From Lingula anatina (Eukaryota; Animalia; Brachiopoda), in contig CM120647.1 of assembly GCA_051362555.1 (NCBI GenBank), forward strand, positions 16,282,651 to 16,346,650: a stretch of DNA of 64,000 nucleotides. The letters run 5' to 3'. A model generated the notes under the pieces. That model saw nothing but the letters and a program-made list of their open reading frames with translations. It was not told the DNA's origin and did not search any database. Both the position numbers and the translations under genes were made by a program. How positions within the stretch are numbered: the stretch's first letter is position 1; every line of letters starts with the position of its first letter. This document shows positions 25,336-37,623 of the stretch, piece by piece.

Positions 25336-27251
25336 TAGATGTGTATGTGCATGAATGTGTTCATACCTTAGACATTGTGTTTTATGCCCGTGTATTTGAG
25401 ACAAATACAAGACAAAATGCTGTAAATGTTAATCTGATATCTTGTCAAAAGAAACCCCCTCCCCTCCTCTCTCTCTCTCTCCTGAACATCCCATCTAAGC
25501 ATAATAACAAATGAGTAAGACTTCGAGGAGGGGGTTTTATTTGAGACAGGTGTCCAATATTAGACATCTCTCACTGGGGCCACTTCTATTAATTTGCACC
25601 TTGACCCCTGCCCCTACAGGAGGTAACTGGCCCCAGGTATGATAATATAGACACCTGACCACCTTGGGTCTGGCAAGGATCCCCATTTTGACCAAAAATC
25701 TAAAAATATTTGCTATCTAAAATCAGATAGTTGGCTGACTAAATATTGGTTAGGGATGTAGCTGACTAAGTGTGTTATCGCTAATAAGGTTACTTGTATG
25801 TTTTGGTTGAAAACTTTCCAAAATAGATGTGTGGATCAAGGAAAAGGAAGATATTGTTGGAGATGAGTTCGTTAAATCAGCAGATACATCATTGATATCA
25901 TAAATAACAAATGTCTGTTTTCACAAGTTTTTTCAAAATTGTCCTTTTTATTAATGGAAAAAAGTCAAATTTTGTAGAAGTCTTGAGATAGGTGTTATTT
26001 GGACACCCTGAGTTTCAATGGTCACTGGAAACTAGCCTGAGTTACACTCAGTTTTACTTGAAATTGCAGAGACTTTCTCCTCATTGAATCCTAGTATTCA
26101 TTGAAACCCAGGGTGCATTGCAGTCCAGTAAGCCTGACCCTGTTTGAATGCTGTGTTGGATATGATCATAATTCACGGTTGCAGTAAAATTGGGTGGATC
26201 TGTCTTGGATGTAATAAACAAGCTCCACGGGCAGTGTAATACCTCCCAACTTAGCTCCGTTTAGGTAATCTCTGAAACGCAGGGTGAGCCTAGGTCACTT
26301 GTCCAGGCAGGGACCTGTGTGGGAAAATAGCTTTAGCCTCCAAAAACTGTTATAAACTTTTAGAGTTAATTAGACCAGAATTTTAGCCTTCTTTGGTCCA
26401 AGAAGAATCAGTAGGACCTAACTAAGTGGGCTGTTCTGATTATGAACTGCTCACCAATCTAATCCATTTGTTATCCCACCTGTATTTTAATTGAGAAAAC
26501 GGTTCTTTTCTGATTACAATTACCTTACGGCAGTTGGCCTGTCTAATCACCATTGTATCCCACCCATCACTACATCATCTAAAATGTCACTTTTGTTTTA
26601 ATATAATGTAGAATGAAAATACTATGAAATAACAAGTTAAAACTTGGTGTTCAGGTTTCATATCCCAGTTTTCCTGGTGGGGAAGATGGCTGAGGGCCTC
26701 CACGGTACATTAGCACTTGTGAATAATTAAACCCATGCTGCTCAGATATATTGATAATTACTCTTCATCCTTGGTTGTGGTCTGTGGGGTAAATTTAGCC
26801 AATTTGTCTCAAATGTCAGCTCAGGAGAGGAGGTTGGAGGGGGGGGGGCAATGTTCAGACTTTTTTATTCTGCTTTGTTCAACCTGACTGTATGAAAAAG
26901 AAATAATGGAAAAAATGTTTAAATTGTTGTATGCTAGATAGATTAATGGATGCACATATAAATAAATAAATAAATAAATATCAAGTGTCCCTCACCCACC
27001 ACACCCCTTCTTACTTAGTGACTCAACTCTTATATCTCCCTTGAAGGTAGAGTACGTACAAAAAATTAGATTTTGTAGGCAGTGAAAAACAGCTGAATTA
27101 TTGCTCCCCAGGGCAGCAGAATCTGTCCATGAATCTGTGAGGGAGTAATGCAGAGATATATGGAGAGATAATCACAGTGGAGTGGGTTTCATTTTAAAAT
27201 AAGAGAAAGTATAGGAGAAAAAGATGAAAAACAACCAAGTCTGTAACATAA

Positions 27252-27418
27252 CATGCCTGTAGCCAGCAATTTCAGAGGGGGTGTTCGTTTTCTGAAAAAG
27301 TGGACCTTTTACCATAAAATCCTCAAGTACATAGATCAAATTTTACCCAGAGTGGACCTTTTCCCAGCAAAAAGGGTGGTTCTTTCGAACCCCCCGAACC
27401 CCCCTGGCTACGGGCCTG
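27252..27418. mobile_element. Short MITE with CAKGCCYGTAGCCAG termini and 5-bp flanking duplication
   Basis: CATGCCTGTAGCCAG ... CTGGCTACGGGCCTG; CATAA on both flanks. Confidence 0.7.
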
Positions 27419-27862
27419 CATAAGCCCTTGTTCTTCTAAATGAGCCTGTGAAGTTGAAATGAAGTAAAAATCAGATCTATGTTTTCTAGAACAAACAAAC
27501 CAAAATTTTATTTTTATTGAAGGTTTGATTGGGCTGGATAAATTGGATAGAATTTTCTAACTGGGCTTTCCAGCATAAAAGTTTTCTTCATTTTTCCCTA
27601 TGTCCTTTTTTAAAGCCCAGTGTTAACACCCTGAGTTCCATGGGTTCAGGGGAGTCACCTCTTTAATGGGGCATTAAAATTGATGTCTTAATAATAAAAA
27701 GTGCTCTTCATCCTCTGGTGTGGCAATTTTTGGCAGTTTCTTTTGATCAACTGAAGTTGGTTAACCTTTGACCTGGCAACTGTCTTCAATATGCAGATTA
27801 AGCCTGCTGTTTTTAAATCTTGATAGAGTTTTTTTGTTTTTATGCGTAATGTATATCAACAT

Positions 27863-28531
27863 CACCCTGAGCTTCAGAGATAACTTGACACTAACCTCTT
27901 CACAATAGCCTATCTTCATCGTGTCAAGTTACCTCTGACGAAAATAGTTTGACCTAGTTTATATAAGCCAATCGAATCCAAGTTTCAAAATTTTTCACCA
28001 AAGTTTGGTGAAAACGCTGATTGGTTGACCGTCAATCGGTAATCCTCGGCTGATTCCGCAAGCTCCATACTAACACCCAAGTTATTGTCGAGTGCGGAGA
28101 CATCCGAGTAGTGCCGAGTGCATAACCGTACACAAAGAAAGCATAGCGTCTTCTACGAGTGACTACGTAAAATAATGTGTTAAGTTATCTCTTGATTCTT
28201 TGCAAAATATGAGTATATCGGAATTGAAACCAGGGCAGTTTGAGGCCCTGCATCATTATCTACTGAGGGATAATGTATTTTGCGTGCTGCCCACAGGTTA
28301 CGGCAAGTCCCTGATATTGAGCCTTATCTCTGATTGGTCTGGATTTGAACAAAGCGCGCTTTGACTCGTTCGCGTTCATTGGCTAGATCGTTCAATGAGT
28401 CATTGAGTGCGGGCTTTAAATTTGATTGGCAGGCGGCGGGGGCAATCGAATGTGGTCAGAGGTAACTTGACACGATGAAGATAGGCTATTGTGAAGAGGT
28501 TAGTGTCAAGTTATCTCTGAAGCTCAGGGTG
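27863..28531 (+). mobile_element. Non-autonomous TIR DNA transposon (669 bp) carrying a RecQ-like helicase fragment; AcademH-like
   Basis: Perfect 77-bp TIRs (27863-27939, 28455-28531); 8-bp TSD ATCAACAT (27855-27862, 28532-28539); internal frame 28209-28364 encodes LKPGQFEAL...VFCVLPTGYGKSLI. Confidence 0.85.
28209..28364 (+). pseudogene. RecQ/SF2 helicase fragment (Q motif + motif I/Walker A) inside the transposon
   Basis: MSISELKPGQFEALHHYLLRDNVFCVLPTGYGKSLILSLISDWSGFEQSAL*; LPTGxGKSL is the RecQ-type motif I. Confidence 0.75.
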
Positions 28532-28889
28532 ATCAACATTGGAAGGTCCCAATATTCACACCTTGATGTATTAAACAAATCACAGTTAAGCTTAGATTTT
28601 ATCATATGATATTTAATTAATTCCCTTTAAGCCAAATCATATTGAAATGATATAACCTTGTTTTCCATAAACAGCTAACATGATCTGATAACGCTGTATT
28701 TATATTAATTATTGCCAATTATATCTGTGATTTTTATCTTAATCGTTGGGATTAAGGTGTTGGTGGGATTAAGATTATGAAATGGGTAAATCTGTTAAGA
28801 TGCTGTTGTTTTGACCCCATTATCTGTAAAGCTGCAACTGATACTCGATGAGGTGAGATTGAGGTTTATTGCAATTTGCATGTAGAAAT

Positions 28890-29207
28890 CAGGCCTACCC
28901 AGCTACCAGACTTGGCACTGAATGATCACGAATTCACCGGTAGGTTGTGCCACACTACCTGTTTTCAAGGTGTGTGTCAGTACGCATTTCGCAGTATCAT
29001 ACCCCAGAACAAATTTTGAGATGAGATGCACTACTTTCCAACCCCACTCAGAATCATCACTATCACATCACGTACTAGTCAAGAGCGGTGCCGCATCTGA
29101 TACTTCGAAGCACGTACTAACACATACCTTGAAAATGGGTGGTGGGGTCCGATCTACTAGTGATTTCAGGATCATTCGATGTCGAGTCTGGTAGTTGGGA
29201 AGGCCTG
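28890..29207. mobile_element. MITE with long imperfect TIRs (CAGGCCT...AGGCCTG), superfamily uncertain
   Basis: CAGGCCTACCCAGCTACCAGACT / AGTCTGGTAGTTGGGAAGGCCTG; inverted similarity continues inward; no clear TSD. Confidence 0.7.
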
Positions 29208-31305
29208 TAAGTGAATGTTGAACTTGTGTGATTGTATGTAAATGACTTCTTACCTTCATTATCTATATATTTAACGCCAGATTTAGCTGATTGCACTCAG
29301 TGAGAGTCCCTGCGAAGTTGGATTGATCTATGTAGATTGATGGCGTCTATTGGAAAGGGGCCTCAAGTAATTGGTGAACTATTCTTAAAGCATGGATTCA
29401 TTTACCTTCTCTTTTATGTCTGTTTACTATTTTGGATTCATTTTCCTGCCATTGTGAATTGCCATACATTTCTGGCTTCTTTTTCTAGCTTTTATAGCCA
29501 CAAAATTACCGTGCATTCTTTTCCTTCTCTTCTACATTGTAGACTATTTTTGGACTCTGTTTCTTTCTTTCATGGTCTCTTGATTTATTTTTGGATCATT
29601 TGACTTTCTTTATAGTTGGTGTATTATTTTAACCTCCTCATACTTAACTGAGGTTGGGGCAGGTGCTCCAGAGACGAGAAGTAGATAGGGCAGCTTTTGG
29701 TGAGGAAGGCAGCTGAAACAGGTAAATGAAAGACCATTTTGCCTCTTCTTTTTCTTTCCTCACATCTTTTTTTTTTTCATTTGATGCATTTATGATCAGT
29801 TATTCATTTATGATGGTGTATTGTGGATTGACACCAACTTGGTAAAAAATTGAGACCATTGCTGGACCATATCATCTTTCCCCCTTCTAACATCTTTTTT
29901 CATTTATTTTAAATATAGGACAGTTTTGTTACTTATGCCAACAGGTAAATAAAAGACAATTCAAAATCAGCTTTTCCTTTCAGAACATAGTTTTTTGTGT
30001 GATACAATAATATAATATAAATCGTATACAAGTACATTGGGAAACACTTTCATCAAGCTACCATACCATTTGTTTAGAAAAGAATCCTACCTTTTAAAAT
30101 ATCAACTTTTTTTTGAGAAAATATTTTATTTTTGTCTCTGCATGCGAATGATTCCTTGAAGTAAAAAAGGTTTTTCATCTTCAGTTCTCTTTCCACATAA
30201 ATATTCCCTTAAAATTGTTCCTTCTTATAGTCATCTAACCACCTTCCCCCCCCCCCCCCCCCCCTCTTCCCAAATCCTAAATTAAGCACCCCAGGTAGCA
30301 AATAAGGCAACTTGTATGCTTAGGTATGGAGGTCAAAGATGGAACTTAGTTGATAAAATAAAGAGTTGTGTTTACCCCTAGAATTATTCTAAACAAGAAA
30401 CTTGTTTAGGATCTGTAAGTAAAGCATCAGCAAGTGCTGAATTAAATGCACATACAGTATAATACCAATTATAGCTGCTGCAATGCATATATCTTACCAA
30501 GATGACCTAATAATTATATAATACAAAAATGACAGATGCTTATCTGCAATGAAGATACATTTATGCATGTTATGCTGTACATCTTCCAGTTCACATGGGA
30601 ACACTGACAGTTGTAAAAGATTATCATTGTTTCAAAATAAAGGCAAAACTTCTTTAAAAAGGTACAGGTAAGACATTAAGATTTTGCAGAGCATGTCACT
30701 TTATTTTCAAATCATAAGTAAATTATAAAATGATGCTGTGAAGGTGTTTGCAGTACAAATGCAGTTGATTAAGATTGCAAAAAAAAGTGTAACAAGTTAA
30801 TGGGACTGTAGGCAGTGGAAGTGGGGGGGGGGGGGGCAGGTGAAAAACTACTCTTTTGGCTGGAAAATTATCAAAGTAAAAAAACAGGTGAAATTGTGAA
30901 TGTGTTTACAATACAAACACAGGTGATTGAGATTGCCAAACCAGATATAACACGTTTAAGTTTATTCCCAGTCTTAAGTAGTTCAGTGTGTGACTGAGGC
31001 TTAATGCTGTATTTGTAGAACTCAGCCTCAGCAGGAAGATCTGTTGACCCTGTTAACATATTGGACTAGGACTGTTATCTTTCCCTCTTTTAATTAAGTC
31101 TCTGATAAGTAATTAGCTCCCTCGTACCTTTGATGGGCCAGATATAGAGAGCTCTGCATGACAGAGAGATTGACTTATGTGTGGTATAACATCTGTATTA
31201 TATTATTTATTCCTCTTCAAAACAAGTGTAAAATTAAGTGAAATGATCCATCTTTTGCCATGTTTGATAATTATATCATCGACTTAGTGGTGAAAGGGAT
31301 ATAAT

Positions 31306-31472
31306 CAGAGGCGGATTTAGGCCGTCTTCTGGGTCTTCCGGAAGACGGTCAGATTTTCAAGTTTTCATTGATGGGTATCCAATTTTTCCTTTTGGAAGAC
31401 GGTCAAAATTGGAGGATGAATCAAGAAAGATAATTTGAAGACTGTCAGTAAATAGCTCTGGATCCGCCCCTG
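31306..31472. mobile_element. Short MITE with CAGRGGCGGAT termini and 5-bp TSD
   Basis: CAGAGGCGGAT ... ATCCGCCCCTG; ATAAT on both flanks; internal GAAGACGGTCA repeats. Confidence 0.75.
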
Positions 31473-34400
31473 ATAATATACAGTCATTGCACAGGTGGAC
31501 AGTGATTTTCAGTTAAAAAATTAAGGGGGCCTTTTTACAGTAATGGTATACATAAGCATTATACATAAAAACTTTATCACATTTTGTATCAGAACATGCA
31601 GGCCCGTTCCCAACAACAACAAATATTGGTTTGTTTGAACTTTTCAAACTAGTGTTTGTAAACTTGTATTTGTAATTTTCAAACACTGCTTTCAGAGCAA
31701 AATGCATTTGGTCATTATCATGCAGGGAATCCCATAATCATCACAAAGCCATCATCATTAACTACCAAATCCAGGTGTGCTACAATCAAAAAGTCACTAG
31801 AGGCCTTGAGTCTGGATAATTAGACTAATAGTTATCTGATTAGTCAATAGTTTAATCTGCTATTCTAATAGCCCCTGACCCTTTCCATGCCCCTAAGCAG
31901 CATAATTGGCTTCATGTCAGTGTTATCTCATCATCCTCTTATCAGGCACCTGTTGTTACCTGTTCAGGCCCCTGAATCAGTATGAATGACCTAATTACCT
32001 GGGTTATCTAATTAAACAACAATTTAAATCCTCTTTTGAAGCCCCACAGACCCCTTAAGTCCCCATGGGCTTTGAGTGGCTTGAACTTAATTGCCCAGGT
32101 GAAATTTAAAGGCATTCAAGTGGAGATGGTATCTTTCATTGGCTTCACTGTGGAGAATAGACAGGATTTTTTTTTTACTCGTCTCAGTCTCTCTCTCTTG
32201 GTGTTGTGGTGTACTTAAGGAGGTGGAGACAGCCTGGTTAAGACCAGTCTGGTTAAGGACAGCAGTGGTTAAAGACTGTTGTTAAGCTACTGGGTGAAGT
32301 CTGAGAGGTAGTTAGTCTGCAACATTGAGACTTGCAGAGGAGGAGGAGCAGGGTTGGATTATATTGCTGGAGTCAAGTTATTGACAACTTTGTCTGCTGC
32401 TGGTAAGTTATGAAGAATTATTGCTGCAAATACACCATAGAAATTGTGATTATGTACATAAATTGAATTAAATATTGCAACATGCTAACAAGTTGTATAG
32501 TAAAGAGAGCCTGCATGTGTACCAAGGTCTCCATTTAGTTTTCAATGAATTTATCAGTGTATATCGTGTAGAATATGTAAAAAGTGCCACTCGGTCCTTT
32601 ACCTCACTGACTGTCTTTTGATAAGGAGGATTGTATGAATGGAGTTACTCTTAGCTTTAGGATGGCCATGTGATATGTGTCACTCGATCTCGTAATTGAT
32701 CTGAAGATATCTGAGTTATTTTTACATTAGTTTCTTGTTTTAATCCTGGGATAACTGCATTAATTTCAGAGTTTCAGTGTAATTACATTCTGATTTTTAC
32801 CTTTATAAAAGCACAAGGAGAGATTAAGACTTGGCTGAAATATGTGTGCAGCATACTTGAGTTTGACACATGCTTGTTAACAGTGACATAATCAGAGGCA
32901 TTTTTTTGCGGCTGCATGTTTGTAATGTTCTCAATTTAGATGGAATCAGCAGTTTGCCTGTCTGGCTCAGGACAGTAGAGACAAAAGACTGCGAATTTTA
33001 TCATCAACAGTGTAGGCCAAGGTGTTTTCATTTGTATACATGTTTGGGGAGCACCTGTATGTCTGATGTCACAAATTCTTCTCAAGAAGCAGGGTATATT
33101 GAATGTCAAACATGGATACTGTTCTAGGTCTAGATTTGTTCTAGATCTGGGTTTCTATTGACAGTAGTACTGGTGTAGACTAAGGTGTGAAGAGTAGAAA
33201 GTTCAGCCTGTACACAAGGTGCTGTCTGCAGCTGCGTCTGGCTGCCCTTGTTGAACTTGTCTCATCACAGCTGTCAGCTTTAGCGTGTCTGTAGTGTCTG
33301 CCAGCGTTTAGTTATATAGATAATTACTACAGTGGCCCCCAGGTTCGTTGTAAAATCATATTAAGTTTTGAAGTGTTTGGGGTCTGGTTTTCCTTGGGAA
33401 ATAGATCCTCTAACCCTAGTAAAAAATGAGGATTGAAAAAACTGAAACAAAATAGTTTTTTAATGAAGCCCTTTGTTTAATTAGCATGCATAGTGATCGT
33501 TGGATTGAATTACAGGGAGTAATAGAGAGAAGGGGCAGTGCAATGTTATTATGTGTGAATTTCAGGAAAATTAAAATGTTTATTTTTAATCAAATTTACA
33601 GTAGCAGAGTTTTGGGACTGAAGTTCAGGAGAAATGTTTCGAGATGAGTTTATACATATATGGTAGTTCCTCTGTAAATTTGAGCAACATTAAATTGGAA
33701 TTCCACACTCACCCTTTCCGAAAAAAGAAAAATAATTTGTGAGTAATAGTGAAAGTAGATTTGGAAATTTTAAGATAGATCTGGAAATTTTAAGAATTGA
33801 GTTGGACTCATGCCATTAAGTAAACTGTACATTGTCAGAAAACGATAAATCTCGAAAAAGTAACAGTAACATTGGCAAAAGTGCTCATTTGAAAATTTAA
33901 AGTTATACCATACCAGCAGTGACTTACACACTGCCAGTGACTGTATAAACAGCCTGTAGCAGGCAGGGTTCAGGTTTTTAGTGAGGACCCAGACACTGCT
34001 TGCTAGGAAAAGCTTTCAGACTGTCGCAATAAATTTACAGGAACAAGCAGAAGCTCTCGTAAACTACTCTCCTCTTGCACTACAGCGCCCTCTTTATTAA
34101 TGTCCCTTTTTTGTGATTTCCCACTTTTTTCAACCTCAATCAAAGAAATTGTGAAGAATTGAGACTGATTATAACAAACTGCTAAATACACAACAAGGTT
34201 CTTCCTGTTTACCAAAATTTCTTCCCCTCGCACAAAGGGGACACAAATAAAGAATTGATCTTTGCCCAATTTATTTTCAATTTTTTCTGGATATAAGAAG
34301 GAAATATTTGATAAGATTTAAGACTTACCACAAGGAAATTATTATAGGAGTTTTTTTCCACTATTCATAGAATGAACCCACTATGTACCAAAGTTCCATC

Positions 34401-35789
34401 AGTTTTACATTAAAGACAACACTAGTTGCAGTGTAGTACCTTGAACAAATATAAGATTTTCTTCCCTGACAGAGCCAGGATATTGGCTTCAGTAAATGAA
34501 CGTCGTCAGAGTCAGGGGATTCAGGGCAGTTTCACTAATTTAAAAGATATTTTAGTTTGGACATCAGGGAGAATTTTTTAGTCACATCCTCTGAACCCCC
34601 TCCCCCTTATCCATGTAACCCCACCCCCCTCCAACCCTGCATAACTGCCAAATGATTGATGGAGAAAATACTGAAAATAGAAGACACCAGTGAGTCTATA
34701 CTTTAAACTGTGAGTTAAAGAGGTGAATGCATGACAAGACTGCATGTCGGGGGACATATTGATTTTGTTTTTAGTAGAAGAGGAACTACTAGACTCAGTT
34801 GATGTCTTTCACCCTGTTATCATTATGGTCTTTCATTCCCTCTCTCTCTATATCTCTCTTTTTTATTTCTTTCTCTCTCACTCTCTCTCTATCTCTCTCT
34901 TGGCCTAAGCAAAATATTTTTATTACCAGGGTTACCCATGAAGGGCCCCTGAAAAGGGCAAAGGTGCCGATGGGGATTGGGGAAGGTGTGGGGGGGGGGG
35001 GGGGGGGGGCTAATTCTAGGCATATGAGCCATCTGTTCCAAGATCCAGGGCACACAGCTGATGTTTACTAAACTTGCATGTCAGTAGCCGAGGAAAATAA
35101 TGTTAGGGGTTGAATCTTCTCCGACCAGGCCATCTGTTCTTTAATGTGACATTGGCGTGTATATAAACATTTATTTTTTAACCAAAAAAAAAGTTGATGC
35201 AATGGACTTTGAACTTGATGTCGTATACACTTTGATATGTTTTTAGCTTCTTGGCCTTATAGTTGTAGTGTCAGTACCTCAATGACCATGATGCCGTACT
35301 AAATTTTTACCTTTTAAGCCCAGTTACAGTTGTTATGTTTTTTATGCAAGTGATCATCAGCATCTTATTCAACATAAACATATAATTGGTTGTTTTAGAA
35401 GCCAGGCAGCTGAAAATGTTTTATCGAACACATTAGATTATTCAATCTAAGACTAATAAATGAACGTTAACAAAAAAGGCCAAATTAGACTAAAATAAGC
35501 ATTTAGCTAGTCATATCAATTCACACAATATATATTCGGAGCCGAGACATAATAACTTCTAGATCTGGATCAATTAAGAATATTATATGAATGCCCCAGA
35601 GTCCCGTTTAAAGCTCGCTCTTAAAAAATATTGTGAACGTCCCCACATTTCTTCTTAATGGCAGGGATCAGTGGCAAACCAGAGCTGAGCTGAAAATTGA
35701 ATGAGGAATTGAATTACTGCAATAAAACACTTGTGTTTGCTGGCCCTGGGAGAGAGACAGGTCCTCCATGATCCCGAACCTTAAAATAA

Positions 35790-36090
35790 CAGCTTGAAAT
35801 GTTACTTTTTTGTGATATTTTAATTTATAAAAAGAGCAGGGATAAAAGTTTTTTTTTCTTTGTTTAGGTTGTATGGATCACGATAATGGCTTTAAATGTG
35901 CAAGATCAAAATGTTATGTTTTAGACTTGTTTAAATTTAAAACAAAAGCATGGAGAGAAGTATTTTGTTTTGGTTACTGTATATGGATTATGGTAATGGG
36001 TCTAAATGCACGAGATTGAAATGTTACATTTTTGGACATATTTTAATTTAAAGATAGAGCACAGATTGAGGCATTTTGTTTTGCATGTTA
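35790..36090. repeat. Degenerate ~111-bp tandem triplication
   Basis: AAATGTTA...TTAATTTA...AGCA units at ~35797, 35909, 36019. Confidence 0.55.
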
Positions 36091-36570
36091 CAGAAATTGA
36101 AATTGCTCTAATGGGGTCAAATATTGCAGTTTTGCTGGGATTTTCTCTTAAATAAAGGAAGCTGTATTAATAATTTGTCTGTATGTTTTTCAACGAATTT
36201 TACAGTTTTGCCCAAGCTTTCTTCAGAAGGGGAGTGATACTTAAAACTGGGGTATATATATCTTTGTATGAAGGGAAAATATTGCAATTTTGCTGGAACT
36301 TTCTCTTAAAAGGAAGCAACAACAAGAGAAAATGAGTTTATGTAAGGCTTACGTAGCTACACTATTTAAGGGGCCTTGTTTGTACAAGGTGAGACCATGT
36401 CTGACTCCCGAGTTCTCTAACAATGGCTTTCACATTCCACGATGTGGAATACTTCTTGTTGGTGCTGAATGCAATCCTTTAACCCTCCGTCTTGTAAATA
36501 TGGCAATTTGAATGTTTGTAAACTAGGGGTGCTAAGTTCTGTTTATTCTGTCGTGTTTTTCCTCTTTCAG

Positions 36571-36645
36571 TCAAATATTTGGGGTTCCATGGGGCAAGTG
36601 TAACCATTTGTACTGTGCATGTTTGGGTTCACGTGTGCATGTCTG
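36571..36645 (+). other. Candidate non-coding 5'UTR exon of Sulf (75 nt)
   Basis: Strong polypyrimidine acceptor tttttcctctttcag and donor CTG|gtaagt. Confidence 0.4.
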
Positions 36646-37560
36646 GTAAGTATTTCAATAGTATTACCTTTGATTTGGGTTCTGCTTGTTGGTTTTGATG
36701 TGTGCCTAGCGGAGGATTTTCTCTTCTTCTTATTTCTGTGGTGGCCTAGGAAGAAATAGGTAGGATTTTCAGGATATTCTTTATTTTGATGATTATAGTG
36801 TTTTAAAAGTGTATAAAAATTAGCTCTCAATGCCTATCTCCATTATCTTTTCTTAAGAGAGTGGGGGGGGGGACAGCAATTTATCAGATGATACAGTTAA
36901 CATCAACATTCCCCCCCCCAAAAAAAAACAAAAAACAAAAAGAAGAAGAAGAGAAAAAGAAAACGGTTAGTTAGTTAGCTAGATTTAATTTTACTGAAAT
37001 GTATAACTGCAATTTTTCCCTTTTGTTGAAGAATTTTGATTGCCTGAAGCTGGGACAATAATAACCAATAGTAGAACTCAAACCCAAAAAGCCAAACAGA
37101 AACATAAAGAAAAAGAAATTCCACAAATTTTCTGCTATGTTATTATCTGCGGAATGATTTGTGTGGCACAGTAACCCAATACCAGGACCATTCAGACCAA
37201 CAAAGTCGTTAACTGCATCGTCAGATAAAAACCCAAACCTCTTCTCGTTCTTACTCATTACAGATAGCATCCCAACTCCAGTTTTGCTGATAATAGTGTC
37301 ATTAGTACTCGAATGTAAAAACTGAGGTAATTAAGACAGATAAAATTCCACTTGTTGATATAAATACAGACATATCAATGTCTTACATCTTGATTTAAAA
37401 AATGGCTATTTACCAATAACAATGTGGATTGTAATCACGTGTGGTATATCAAGGTGGGCATCCTATCTGGGGATGACTATGTTTTCAATTCTTTTGTTAG
37501 GAATCGGAAGACTGTGAATTAGTTTATGGTTTTAGTGTTCCGGATATTGTGTGCTGTAGT

Positions 37561-37563
37561 GTA

Positions 37564-37620
<57 letters not shown>
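37561..37620. repeat. (GT)n(GA)n microsatellite
   Basis: direct reading. Confidence 0.95.
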
Positions 37621-37623
<3 letters not shown>

